From Pantanalinema sp. (GTDB lineage Bacteria; Cyanobacteriota; Sericytochromatia; S15B-MN24; UBA4093), in contig DATNQI010000060.1 of NCBI GenBank assembly GCA_036704125.1, positions 7,724 through 71,723 on the forward strand: DNA of 64,000 nt, read 5' to 3'. The notes beneath the pieces were generated by a model, which worked only from the letters and a program-made list of their open reading frames with translations, searched no databases and was not told the DNA's origin. Below, piece after piece: positions 1 through 10,357 of this stretch; position 1 is the first letter of the stretch; each line of letters begins with the position of its first letter. A program made the position numbers and the translations under genes.

Positions 1-53
1 CGGCTCGCCTGGGCATCCGGACCGTCGCCGGGTCGCAAGGAGCGCCCGGGGGG

Positions 54-2009
54 GTGAGGGCCGCCGATTGGCGCGCGTCCTACGGCGCCATGGCCATGGA
101 CTCCGCCGGTAACCTCTACGTCACGCAGCAGAGCCGAAGCGCCGTCTACAAGATCGACCCGGCCGGCACCCTCACGACCGTCGCCGGCACCGGCGCCTGG
201 GGCTACATCGGGGACGGCTTTCCCGCCACCGTCGCCCAGCTGAACAGTCCCGAAGGCCTGGCGGTGGATGCCTCGGGCAACCTCTACATCGCCGATACCT
301 GGAATCACGTCATCCGCAAGGTCAGCAACGGCGTCATCTCGACCGTCGCAGGAAACGGCCAAAGCGGCTTCTCGGGGGACGGCGGTCCGGCCGGCAGCGC
401 CCAGCTGTATGCGCCTCGGGGCCTGGCGGTGGACGCCACGGGCGATCTATACATCGCCGATACGAACAACAACCGCATCCGCAAGGTCGACCACGCGACC
501 GGCATCATCACGACCTTCGCCGGCACCGGCAGCTACGGCTTCTCCGGAGACGCCACGGCAGCCGTCGGCGCCCAGCTCGCCTATCCCCATGGCGTGGCGG
601 TGGACGCCTCGGGCAGCCTGTACATCGCCGATACGAACAACAGCCGCATCCGCAAGGTCAGCGACGGCACCATCTCGACCGTCGGCTCCCAGCTCGCCTA
701 TCCCCAGGGCGTGACGGTGGACGGTGCGGGCAACCTCTACGTCGCCGATACGAACAGCCACCGCATCCGCAAGCTCAGCGACGGTACCCTCTCGATCGTC
801 GCAGGTAACGGTCAAGGCGGCTTCTCGGGGGATGGCGGCACGGCCACCAGCGCCCAGCTCAGCTATCCCAAGGGGGTCGTGGTGGACGCCGCGGGCAACC
901 TCTACGTCGCCGATACGAACAACTTCCGCATCCGCAAGCTCGACGCCGTCGCTCAGACGATCTCGACCGTGGCAGGCGATGTCTCGGGCGAGGCCATGAC
1001 CGCAGGCGCCTTGAACGTGGACCTTGCCGGGCCCGCAGCGACCGCCGAGGACGCGCAAGGCAACCTCTACATTGCCGATAGGTACAACCACCGCGTCCGA
1101 AAGCTCGGTATCGACGGCACCCTCACGACCGTCGCCGGCACCGGAGTCCCCGGCGAAGCCGGGGACTCCGGCGTGGCCACCAGCGCTCAGTTGAACCAGC
1201 CCCAGAGCGTGGCGGTGGACGCCGCGGGCAACCTCTACATCGCCGATACGAACAACAACCGGATCCGCATGGTGCCCGCGACCGACGGGACCTACTTCGG
1301 CATCCCCATGGTCGCCAACTCCCTCTACACCTTCGCCGGCACCGGAGTCTCCGGCTTCTCCGGAGACGGCGCGGCGGCCGGCAGCGCCCAGCTGAACGCT
1401 CCTCTGGGCGTGGCGGCGGACGCCGCGGGCGACCTCTACATCGCCGATACGAACAACAACCGCATCCGCAAGGTCGACCACACCACCGGCTTCATCGCGA
1501 CCGTCGCCGGCACCGGCGTGTACGGCTTCACCGGGGACGGCGCGGCCACCAGCGCCCAGCTGAACCATCCCCAGGGTTTGGCGGTGGACGCCGCGGGCAA
1601 CCTCTACATCGCCGATACGTACAACAACCGCATCCGCAAACTCAGCGGCGGCTCCATCTCGACCGTCGCCGGCAACGGCTATTCCTACGGCCTCAGCGAC
1701 TACCGGGTTGCCGGATACTCCGGCGGCGAGGTCGCCTCCCGCATCACCCTGGACAGCCCCGAGGGCGTGGCGGTGGACGCCGAGGGCAACCTCTACGTCG
1801 CCGATACGGAAAACAACCGGATCCTCAAGGTCGCCCTCGGCGGCGCCGTCTCGACCGTGGCCGGAAACGGCATCTACGGCATCGACGGCGACGGCGGGCT
1901 TGCGATCAATGCCAGGCTGGCCTCCCCGCGTGGCGTGACGGTGGGCAAGGCGGGCAACCTCTTCATCGCCGATACCGACAACAACCTCATCCGTTCCGTC
2001 GGCTTCTGA
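54..2009 (+). CDS. NHL repeat-containing beta-propeller protein
   Basis: 651-aa ORF. The motif SP.G(V/L)AVDA.GNLY(I/V)ADT.N.RIRK recurs about 14 times at ~40-45 aa spacing (NHL repeat signature). The GTG start near the window edge is uncertain. Confidence 0.85.
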   Translation: MRAADWRASYGAMAMDSAGNLYVTQQSRSAVYKIDPAGTLTTVAGTGAWGYIGDGFPATVAQLNSPEGLAVDASGNLYIADTWNHVIRKVSNGVISTVAGNGQSGFSGDGGPAGSAQLYAPRGLAVDATGDLYIADTNNNRIRKVDHATGIITTFAGTGSYGFSGDATAAVGAQLAYPHGVAVDASGSLYIADTNNSRIRKVSDGTISTVGSQLAYPQGVTVDGAGNLYVADTNSHRIRKLSDGTLSIVAGNGQGGFSGDGGTATSAQLSYPKGVVVDAAGNLYVADTNNFRIRKLDAVAQTISTVAGDVSGEAMTAGALNVDLAGPAATAEDAQGNLYIADRYNHRVRKLGIDGTLTTVAGTGVPGEAGDSGVATSAQLNQPQSVAVDAAGNLYIADTNNNRIRMVPATDGTYFGIPMVANSLYTFAGTGVSGFSGDGAAAGSAQLNAPLGVAADAAGDLYIADTNNNRIRKVDHTTGFIATVAGTGVYGFTGDGAATSAQLNHPQGLAVDAAGNLYIADTYNNRIRKLSGGSISTVAGNGYSYGLSDYRVAGYSGGEVASRITLDSPEGVAVDAEGNLYVADTENNRILKVALGGAVSTVAGNGIYGIDGDGGLAINARLASPRGVTVGKAGNLFIADTDNNLIRSVGF

Positions 2010-2024
2010 GCCGCCGTCACCTCG

Positions 2025-2056
2025 GCAGGCATCGCGTTCGCGGTGCCTGCTTTTTT
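2025..2056 (+). terminator. Rho-independent terminator after the NHL gene
   Basis: Stem GCAGGCA (2025-2031) / TGCCTGC (2044-2050), followed by TTTTTT (2051-2056), 15 nt after the stop codon. Confidence 0.6.
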
Positions 2057-2086
2057 GGCCCCCTTGACCCCTGAGCCCCGCGATCC

Positions 2087-4723
2087 TTGTCACTGCTTGG
2101 CGAATCCTCTAAACTGGCCTCCATGTCTGCAGAAATCCCGAACTCGACGCTGCTCCAGACTTATCGCAAGCGCCTGTGGGTGGGCCTTGGCGCCGCTTTG
2201 GCCCTGCGACTGGTGCTCATCCTCTTCCCGATGGCCTTCTGGGTGGACATGGACACCTTCATGGCCTGGAGCCGGCGGCTCGTCGAGGTGGGGGTCCCGA
2301 ACTTCTACGCCCCCGACTACTTCTGCGACTACCCGCCGGGCTACCTCTACGTCCTGTCGGGCCTCGGCCACCTCTACCACCTCTTCGACCCCAGCTGGGC
2401 CCACTACGGCCGGGGCCTGGGCCTTTCCGCCCTGCTCAAGGCGCCCGCGGTCCTCGCGGACGTGGCCTCGGCCTACGTGATCTTCCTCATCCTGCGCGGC
2501 CGGGTCACGATCCGCAGCGCCTACCACGGCGCCCTGGTCTACGCCTTCAACCCGCTGGTGCTCTTCGTCTCGGGGATCTGGGGCCAGATCGACAGCGTGC
2601 TGACGCTCGCCATGCTCGCGGCCGTTTGGCTGCTCTTGCGCAACCGGTTCGTGACCGCGGCGGCCACCGCGGTGCTCGGGGTCATGCTCAAGCCCCAGGG
2701 CCTCTTCCTCGCGCCGTTCTTCGTCCTCTCCCAGTGGTTCCGCCGGGCGTGGTGGGTGTGGCCGGCCGCGGCCCTCGCGGGCTTCGCTCTGGTCTGGGCG
2801 CTGACCTTCCCCTTCCACGCGGGCGGCGCGCCCGTCGTTGGTCCCTTCGCCTTCCTCTTCGAGAAGATGATGGCGACGGCAGGGACCTACACCAGCAGCA
2901 CCATCAACGCCTTCAACATCTGGGCGCCGACCAGCCTCGACAACGGGGTGCTGATGTGGGGCGATCGTTACAGCGACTCCCGGACCATCTTCGGCCTCAC
3001 CCACCGGGCCCTGGGCCTCGTCTTCGTGGGCATCCTCTCGGCGTGGATGGGCGTCTACCTCTACCGCAAGCGCCACGCGGGCCTCGCCCCGCTCATGCTC
3101 GCCTCCAGCCTCCTGCTCCTGGGCTTCTTCCTCTTCCCCACCCGGATGCACGAGCGCTACATGTTCCCGGCGATCGCCTTTCTGACCCTCGCCGCGAGCG
3201 CCAATCGCCACTTGATCCCCAACATGTGGGCCTTCACGGCGACGGCGACCCTCAACGTCCTCTACGTCTACGTCTACTACACCAACCAGCAGCTCTTCTA
3301 CGCCGTCCCCGCCCCGGTGCGCACCGTCGTCATCGTGGGGGCGGTGCTGGTCAACATGTGGACCTTCGGGGACCTGGTCGGCTACACCTTCGGCCGGCGC
3401 CACGAGACCGCCTGGCGCCCCACCACCTCGCTGCGTCAGGCGCTTCTGGGCAAGGGCGCTTCCGAGATGGAGGCCGAGAGCGCCCCCGAGCCGTGGGACA
3501 GGCGTGACTGGCAGTGGATGCTCGGCCTGATGGGGGCCTTCCTCGCCCTCGGGCTGTGGCGCCTGGGATTGCCTGCCGAGCAGATCTTCGACGAGGTCTA
3601 CCACGCCCGCACCGCCGAGGAGTACCTCAAGGGGATCAGCCCCTACGAGTGGACCCACCCGCCCCTGGCCAAGCTCATGATCGCGGTGGGGGTGGCCCTC
3701 TTCGGCATGAACGCCTTCGGCTGGCGCATCGTGAGCCTCCTGGTCGGCGCCCTGACCCTCGGGGTCTTCTACCTGCTCGCGCGCCGCATGCTCGATCGGC
3801 GGCGCCCGGCCTGGATCGCGACCCTGATGCTCGCCTGCGACGGGGTCTTCTTCGTCCAGTCGCGCGTGGCGATGACCAACATCTACGTGGTCTTCTTCCT
3901 CCTGCTCGCGACGCTCGCCACCTGGGAGTTCATGCGAACGCGCAAGGAGCGCATGCTGCCGCTCGCAGCGCTCGCTCTGGGCGCCGCGCTCGCCACCCGC
4001 TGGTCCACCATGTACGCCTGGGGCCTGTTGGGCCTGCTCATCGGCGTCTACGTCCTGTTCTGGGAGGCCCCGCGCCGGCAGCCCAAGGAGATCGGCCTCT
4101 TGGCCCTGCGGTGCATCGGGTACTTCGTCGCCATCCCGGTGGCGGTCTACCTGCTGAGCTACATCCCCTACATGGCCCAGGGCCATGGGCTCGGCGAGGT
4201 GCTCCAGATGCAGAAGAACATGTGGGGCTACCATGCGAACCTGAACGCCAGCCACAGCTACTCGTCGCCCTGGTGGCAGTGGCCCCTGATGGTCCGCCCG
4301 ACCTGGTACTATTACCATGACTGGAAGAACGGCCTGATCTCGGGCATCATCGCCATCGGCAACCCCGCCCTGTGGTGGGCGAGCATCCCCGCGCTTCTGG
4401 CCATGGCCTACGTGGCATGGCGCAGGAAGCTCTGGATGGGGTGGTTCGTCGTCACGATGGGCCTGGGCATGTACCTGATGTGGGCCATCCAGCCGCGCCC
4501 CCTGGTCTTCATGCACTACATGTTCGAGACCATCCCCTTCTCCATCCTCGCCATGGCCTACTTCATGGAGCGGCTGTGGCGGCAGGAGGACTGGGAGCCC
4601 GTCGCCTCGACCTACCTCGCTCTGGTGGTCGGCCTGTTCGCCTTCTTCTACCCGCTCCTGTCGGGGCTTCCCATCCCGGAGCAGTTCTACCGGATGCACA
4701 TCTGGTTCAGGACCTGGATCTAG
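2087..4723 (+). CDS. Fusion of two GT-C membrane glycosyltransferase modules (Gpi18/ArnT-like N-half plus PMT/GT39-like C-half)
   Basis: 878-aa polytopic ORF. The N-half has FYAPDYFCDYPPGYLYVL. The C-half has DEVYHARTAEEYL..EWTHPPLAKLMIAVG and the PMT C-terminal motif SSPWWQWPLMVRPTWYYY. An alternative ATG start lies at 2123. Confidence 0.75.
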   Translation: MSLLGESSKLASMSAEIPNSTLLQTYRKRLWVGLGAALALRLVLILFPMAFWVDMDTFMAWSRRLVEVGVPNFYAPDYFCDYPPGYLYVLSGLGHLYHLFDPSWAHYGRGLGLSALLKAPAVLADVASAYVIFLILRGRVTIRSAYHGALVYAFNPLVLFVSGIWGQIDSVLTLAMLAAVWLLLRNRFVTAAATAVLGVMLKPQGLFLAPFFVLSQWFRRAWWVWPAAALAGFALVWALTFPFHAGGAPVVGPFAFLFEKMMATAGTYTSSTINAFNIWAPTSLDNGVLMWGDRYSDSRTIFGLTHRALGLVFVGILSAWMGVYLYRKRHAGLAPLMLASSLLLLGFFLFPTRMHERYMFPAIAFLTLAASANRHLIPNMWAFTATATLNVLYVYVYYTNQQLFYAVPAPVRTVVIVGAVLVNMWTFGDLVGYTFGRRHETAWRPTTSLRQALLGKGASEMEAESAPEPWDRRDWQWMLGLMGAFLALGLWRLGLPAEQIFDEVYHARTAEEYLKGISPYEWTHPPLAKLMIAVGVALFGMNAFGWRIVSLLVGALTLGVFYLLARRMLDRRRPAWIATLMLACDGVFFVQSRVAMTNIYVVFFLLLATLATWEFMRTRKERMLPLAALALGAALATRWSTMYAWGLLGLLIGVYVLFWEAPRRQPKEIGLLALRCIGYFVAIPVAVYLLSYIPYMAQGHGLGEVLQMQKNMWGYHANLNASHSYSSPWWQWPLMVRPTWYYYHDWKNGLISGIIAIGNPALWWASIPALLAMAYVAWRRKLWMGWFVVTMGLGMYLMWAIQPRPLVFMHYMFETIPFSILAMAYFMERLWRQEDWEPVASTYLALVVGLFAFFYPLLSGLPIPEQFYRMHIWFRTWI

Positions 4724-4778
4724 CGCCTGCGGCTATTTATTGAAGGAACCTGATTTTGTCCCCCCACCGAGCATCTAA

Positions 4779-6059
<1,281 letters not shown>

Positions 6060-6114
6060 TTCGCGCGGATCTAGAATGACGCCGGGCGCTCGGGTGTTCG
6101 AAAGGGGAGGACTG

Positions 6115-7779
6115 ATGCGGCCGCGCAACCTGCCGTTATGGCTCACGTGGGTCCTGCTGGCGCTCGCCTACAACGGCGTCGCGCAGCTCACCTTCGCGCT
6201 CGGCCTGGTGCAGGACAACGTCTCTGCCATCTGGCCCGCGGCGGGCTTCGCCCTGGCCGCGGTCCTGCGCCTCGGCTACCGTGCCTGGCCGGGGATCGCC
6301 CTCGGCGTCCTGCTCAAGGGGACCGTCCGCGACATCCCCTCCATCCCCACCCTGGGGCTCGGGGTGAGCGACTGCCTGATCCCCCTGCTCGGGACCGCCC
6401 TGGTGTACCGCTTCATCGGGCGCGATCGCCTCCTCGCCACCACCCGGAACGTCCTGCTGTTCGCCTTTCTGGGCTGCGGCGCGAGCGTGGCCGCGGGGGT
6501 GGCGATCGGTGGCCTCATCCGGATCGTCGGAGGGGAACTCGCGTGGAGCAACGCCGCTTCGGTCATGGGGGGGTGGTTCGTCTCGGACGCGGTCAGCGCG
6601 CTGGTCGTCGCCTCCTTGATACTGAGCTGGACCGCGCCCGATCGCGCGCCCTGGCTCCCGCGCAGGGGCGTCGAGCTGGTGGGGCTCCTCGCCCTGCTCG
6701 CGGGGGCGGCGCAGGTCATCTTCGGGGGCGTCCTGACGCCGTGGATCGGCCAGTCACCCGTCGTGTACCTGGTGATTCCCGTGCTCATGGTCGCCGCGTT
6801 CCGGTTCGGGCAGCGCGGCGTCACCCTCTCCAACCTGGTGCTGTGGTTGCTCGCGATCGCGGGCACCCTCAGGGGACTCGGGCCCTTCGCCGCCCAGCAA
6901 GATCGAGGGGCGCTGCTGTTCCTCGAGATCTTCGTCGCCGTCACCGCCGTCTCGACCATGGTCATCGCCGCCGTGCTCGCCGAGCGGGAAAGGGCGGGCG
7001 AGGAGCTGGCCGCCGCCTACGAGCGCCTCAAGGAGCTCGATCTGCTCAAGAGCAACCTCCTCAACGCCGTCTCCCACGAGCTGCGTACCCCGCTGACCTC
7101 GATCCAGGGGTTCGCCGAGTTCCTCGAAGATCGCTTGGCCGGTGACCTGAGCGCCGAGCAAGCGCATTTCGTCCAGCAGATCCAGCAGGGGAGCCGGCGA
7201 CTGGCGCACCTGGTCGACGACCTGCTGGACGTGGCCCGCGTGGAGTCGGGGACCTTCAAGCTCGCGCTGGAGGAGGCCGACCTGGCGCATGTCATCCGGG
7301 AGAGCGTCATGAGCTTCCAGCCGCAAGCCAAGGAGGCGGGTGTCACCCTGACGGAGGTGGGGCTCGGCGATCCCCTGCCGATCCGGATCGATCCGAAGCG
7401 GGTCGGGCAAATCCTTCTAAACCTGATCGGCAACGCCATCAAGTTCACGCCCCCGGGCGGCCGGATCAGGCTCGGGCTCACCCTCGGCGAGCACGAGGTC
7501 CGCGTCCAGGTCCAGGACACGGGGATCGGGATCCCCCCCGAGGACCTGCCGCACGTCTTCGACAAGTTTTTCCAGATCGACAACAGCCTCACGCGCCGGC
7601 GCGGAGGGACGGGGCTCGGCCTCCCGATCACCAAGGCCCTGGTGGAGGCCCACGGCGGCACCATCGGCGTGGTGAGCGAAAGCGAGCAGGGCAGCACCTT
7701 CTGGTTCGCTCTCCCGCGCGAAGCCGGCGCGACCGGCCCGAAGGAGGCTGGCGCGCGGGCGAGCCTCGACGCCTCGTAG
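6115..7779 (+). CDS. Sensor histidine kinase with polytopic MASE1-like membrane domain
   Basis: H-box VSHELRTPLTS, N-box LLNLIGNAIKFT, G1 DTGIGI, G2 GTGLGL. About 8 TM segments lie N-terminally. ATG 6115 is preceded by GGGGAGG. The track start at 5956 overlaps the tgt 3' end and looks spurious. Confidence 0.85.
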   Translation: MRPRNLPLWLTWVLLALAYNGVAQLTFALGLVQDNVSAIWPAAGFALAAVLRLGYRAWPGIALGVLLKGTVRDIPSIPTLGLGVSDCLIPLLGTALVYRFIGRDRLLATTRNVLLFAFLGCGASVAAGVAIGGLIRIVGGELAWSNAASVMGGWFVSDAVSALVVASLILSWTAPDRAPWLPRRGVELVGLLALLAGAAQVIFGGVLTPWIGQSPVVYLVIPVLMVAAFRFGQRGVTLSNLVLWLLAIAGTLRGLGPFAAQQDRGALLFLEIFVAVTAVSTMVIAAVLAERERAGEELAAAYERLKELDLLKSNLLNAVSHELRTPLTSIQGFAEFLEDRLAGDLSAEQAHFVQQIQQGSRRLAHLVDDLLDVARVESGTFKLALEEADLAHVIRESVMSFQPQAKEAGVTLTEVGLGDPLPIRIDPKRVGQILLNLIGNAIKFTPPGGRIRLGLTLGEHEVRVQVQDTGIGIPPEDLPHVFDKFFQIDNSLTRRRGGTGLGLPITKALVEAHGGTIGVVSESEQGSTFWFALPREAGATGPKEAGARASLDAS

Positions 7780-7786
7780 GCGAGCC

Positions 7787-8185
7787 TCAGGCGACGGGCT
7801 CTTCCTCGAACAGGGCCTGCGGGTGGCGCGCGTAGCGCGCGGTCCAGTCGTCCCCCGTCTCGGAGAAGACGGAGCACGGGTAGGTCGCGAGCACCCAGGT
7901 GACGAAGTCCCTGAGCTGAGCGAGCACCGCCTGCGGCGCGTCCTGGTGGACCCGTATGCCCGAGGGGTCGAGGGTGACCAGGCCCTGGCCGTACAGGGCG
8001 CCGTACGGGTCCACCGAGATCTCGGAGGCGACGAAGCGCTTCATCTCGGGGCCCGCCGTGACCACGTAGGTCCGGTCGCTCGGATCGGGGTGGGGGAAGG
8101 CGCCCGGCAGGGCCGAAAGGCGGGCTTCCACCGCTTCGAGGTCGAAGGGCGTGAGCGTGGGGGCGAGGGTGTAGCTAATTTGCAT
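7787..8185 (-). CDS. Hypothetical 132-aa protein, candidate immunity partner of the upstream toxin-like gene
   Basis: The ORF overlaps the 3' end of the 8175..9383 gene by 11 nt on the same strand. It is small, acidic and cytoplasmic-looking, with no recognisable domain. Confidence 0.6.
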   Translation of the reverse strand: MQISYTLAPTLTPFDLEAVEARLSALPGAFPHPDPSDRTYVVTAGPEMKRFVASEISVDPYGALYGQGLVTLDPSGIRVHQDAPQAVLAQLRDFVTWVLATYPCSVFSETGDDWTARYARHPQALFEEEPVA

Positions 8186-9383
8186 GCTCTACCGGCAGGT
8201 TGATGTGGGTGCGCGAGGCGAGGGCGTCGAGGAAGCGCTTGCTCTCGATCGTCTGCTCACCGAAGGGAACGGCTGCGTCCTTGGCCCACTTGGGCAAGGG
8301 GGTGCCCTTGTGGTCCAGCTTGAAGGCCTCGTTGTTGAAGTCCTTCGCGCTCGATCCGGGCGGGAAGTTGACCGAGGCGCTGGCGTGGGGCTGGGGCCGG
8401 AACTTGCTGGTCGGGTCGCCCATGGGCTTGATGCGGACCATGCCGCCGTCGGGGTGGGTCCAGATCTCCATGGGCACCGGCTGGCCCGACCCGGGGTGAA
8501 TGACGGGCTGGCGGGTCTTGAAGTCGGTGATGGTGGCCATCTCCGCCTGGAAGCCCCGGGCGCGAAGGTCGTCGTGGATGGCGGAAAGCGCTCGGTTGCG
8601 CAGGTCGAGGCCGCGCACCGAGGATCCGACCTCCCCGCGCTCGAAGGCGTCGAGCGCCGCGCGCGTCCGGGGGGCCAGATCCTTGCTCCAGAGCCTGGTT
8701 GAGTCGTTGTCCGCGAGCCACTTGAAGGTGACCTCGCCGGTGCTGAGGCCCCGGGCCACGCGGCCCGCCCCGTAGGTGAGCGCGGCCTCCCCGAGGCTCC
8801 CAAGCGCCCTGGCCGCGCCGTGGGCGTGCGAGGAGAGCTCCGAGCGCGAGCCCGCGGTCGCCATGCCGACCTCGTGCGCGAGTAGCGAGGCGCCGGTGCT
8901 CGCGAGGCCCACCAGGCCCGCGCCCTCGGCGATCGCCCCGATGGCGGGCAAGGCGGCGAGCGATGCCCCGCCGGTGAAGGGGGCGGCCACCACCGCCGCG
9001 ACCCCGGCGACGAGACTGCCCACGGCGACGGCACCGCTCGCGGCCTGCACCAGCTGGATGCCGCCGTGAAGCGCGTCGCGGCGGGCGGCGTCCATGGCAG
9101 TCTCGACGGGGTCGAGGGGGTGGGCGATGCCCTCGACCAGCCCCTCGACCCGGCGCTTGAGCAGGGAGAGGGGGTTGCTCAGGGCCTCATGGGCCTGGTC
9201 CCGCAGGGCGATCGCCGCCTCGCGGTTGCCGATGGCGAGCTTGTCCGTCCAGTCCAGCGGCCGGGTCTGCGCCGCCGCGGGCCGCTCCCTTCCGGGGGCG
9301 GGGGCGGGGGCGGGGGCCGAAGAAGCGCTCGAAGAAGCGCTCGGGAGGGCGCTCGGGGGATGAGCGGAGGAGACTTGGCGCAC
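8175..9383 (-). CDS. Candidate polymorphic-toxin-like protein (disordered N-terminus, Gly/Ala-rich pre-toxin-like hydrophobic segment, unassigned ~180-aa C-terminal domain)
   Basis: 402-aa ORF with a GTG start and AAGGGA 6 nt upstream. No signal peptide. The central segment is GGIQLVQAASGAVAVGSLVAGVAAVVAAPFTGGASLAALPAIGAIAEGAGLVGLASTG. The C-terminal domain carries IWTHPDGGMVRIKPMGDP..PHASASV. Confidence 0.55.
   Translation of the reverse strand: MRQVSSAHPPSALPSASSSASSAPAPAPAPGRERPAAAQTRPLDWTDKLAIGNREAAIALRDQAHEALSNPLSLLKRRVEGLVEGIAHPLDPVETAMDAARRDALHGGIQLVQAASGAVAVGSLVAGVAAVVAAPFTGGASLAALPAIGAIAEGAGLVGLASTGASLLAHEVGMATAGSRSELSSHAHGAARALGSLGEAALTYGAGRVARGLSTGEVTFKWLADNDSTRLWSKDLAPRTRAALDAFERGEVGSSVRGLDLRNRALSAIHDDLRARGFQAEMATITDFKTRQPVIHPGSGQPVPMEIWTHPDGGMVRIKPMGDPTSKFRPQPHASASVNFPPGSSAKDFNNEAFKLDHKGTPLPKWAKDAAVPFGEQTIESKRFLDALASRTHINLPVEHAN
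9294..9317. repeat. Perfect (GGGGGC)x4 microsatellite inside the toxin-like gene
   Basis: Four exact tandem hexamers encode (Ala-Pro)4 on the minus strand. They are immediately followed by an exact tandem 12-mer GAAGAAGCGCTC x2 (9319-9342). Confidence 0.95.
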
Positions 9384-9553
9384 GGCGGATCCCTTTGCAA
9401 GGCGGGCGAGAACGCATGACGACGATGCCCTCTTCCACCATACCCGACCCTTGCTACCTTTTCACTTTCCCGTTTCTTCATCGCGCCGCAAGGATCCAGG
9501 AGGGCGCCGTGTGATAAAATGCTGACGGCCCGCCCATTGATTCAGGCGGGCAT

Positions 9554-10357
9554 TTGGGAGATGGCATGCGGGTCGTTGGCGCCCTGGAACGCATCGGTAC
9601 ACGGACGATCGGCTCGCTCGAAGCCCTGGGTCGCTTCGTCCTCCTGGCCGGCCGGGTGCTGCGCCTGGTCGCGACGGGCGCCGTCCACGGCCGCAACACC
9701 TTTTCGCAGATGGCCTTCATCGGCGTCGAGAGTCTGCCCATCGCCCTGATCACCGCCCTGTCGATCGGCATGGTCTTCACCCTCCAGATCTCCAACGAGT
9801 TCATCCGCTTCGGCGCCACCTCGGTCATCGGCGGCGTCTCGGCGATCGCCCTGACCCGCGAGCTGATCCCGACGCTGACGGGCGTGGTGATCGCGGGAAG
9901 GGTGGGGGCCGCGATCGCGGCCGAGCTGGGTTCCATGAAGGTGACCGAGCAGATCGACGCCCTGACGGCGCTCGCCAGCGACCCGATCTACTACCTGGTG
10001 GTGCCCCGCGTGATCGCATGCGCCGTGATGCTGCCGCTGCTCACCCTCGTCGGCGACGCCGTGAGCATCGTGGGCGGCTACGCGGTGGCGGTCGCCGTCA
10101 AGGGCGTCCCCCCCCAGCTCTTCGTCAACAGCCTGCAGGATTTGGTGGTGAGCTCCGACGTCCTGCGCGGGCTCGTCAAGGCGGGGATCTTCGGTGCGGT
10201 GGTGGGGCTCATCGGCTGCCACCAGGGGCTTTCGACCACCGCGGGCGCCCGGGGCGTGGGCAAGGCGACCACCGACTCGGTGGTGCTCTCGCTGATCACC
10301 ATCTTCGTCTCCAACTACTTCCTCTCGGCGCTGCTCTTCCCGGGGGCCGGCAAGTGA
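9554..10357 (+). CDS. mlaE: MlaE-family ABC transporter permease
   Basis: 267-aa polytopic ORF with MlaE/Ttg2B-type sequence (ITEQIDALTALASDPIYYLVVPRVIA). An alternative ATG lies at 9566. It is translationally coupled to the next gene (GTGA overlap). Confidence 0.85.
   Translation: MGDGMRVVGALERIGTRTIGSLEALGRFVLLAGRVLRLVATGAVHGRNTFSQMAFIGVESLPIALITALSIGMVFTLQISNEFIRFGATSVIGGVSAIALTRELIPTLTGVVIAGRVGAAIAAELGSMKVTEQIDALTALASDPIYYLVVPRVIACAVMLPLLTLVGDAVSIVGGYAVAVAVKGVPPQLFVNSLQDLVVSSDVLRGLVKAGIFGAVVGLIGCHQGLSTTAGARGVGKATTDSVVLSLITIFVSNYFLSALLFPGAGK

Noticed and set aside
54-2009. Regularly spaced near-identical ~45-nt DNA repeats (possible CRISPR-like array)
   Set aside because: The repeats are in frame within one ORF and encode NHL blades (..NLYIADTNNNRIRKV..). 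The intervening segments are also conserved coding sequence, not spacers.
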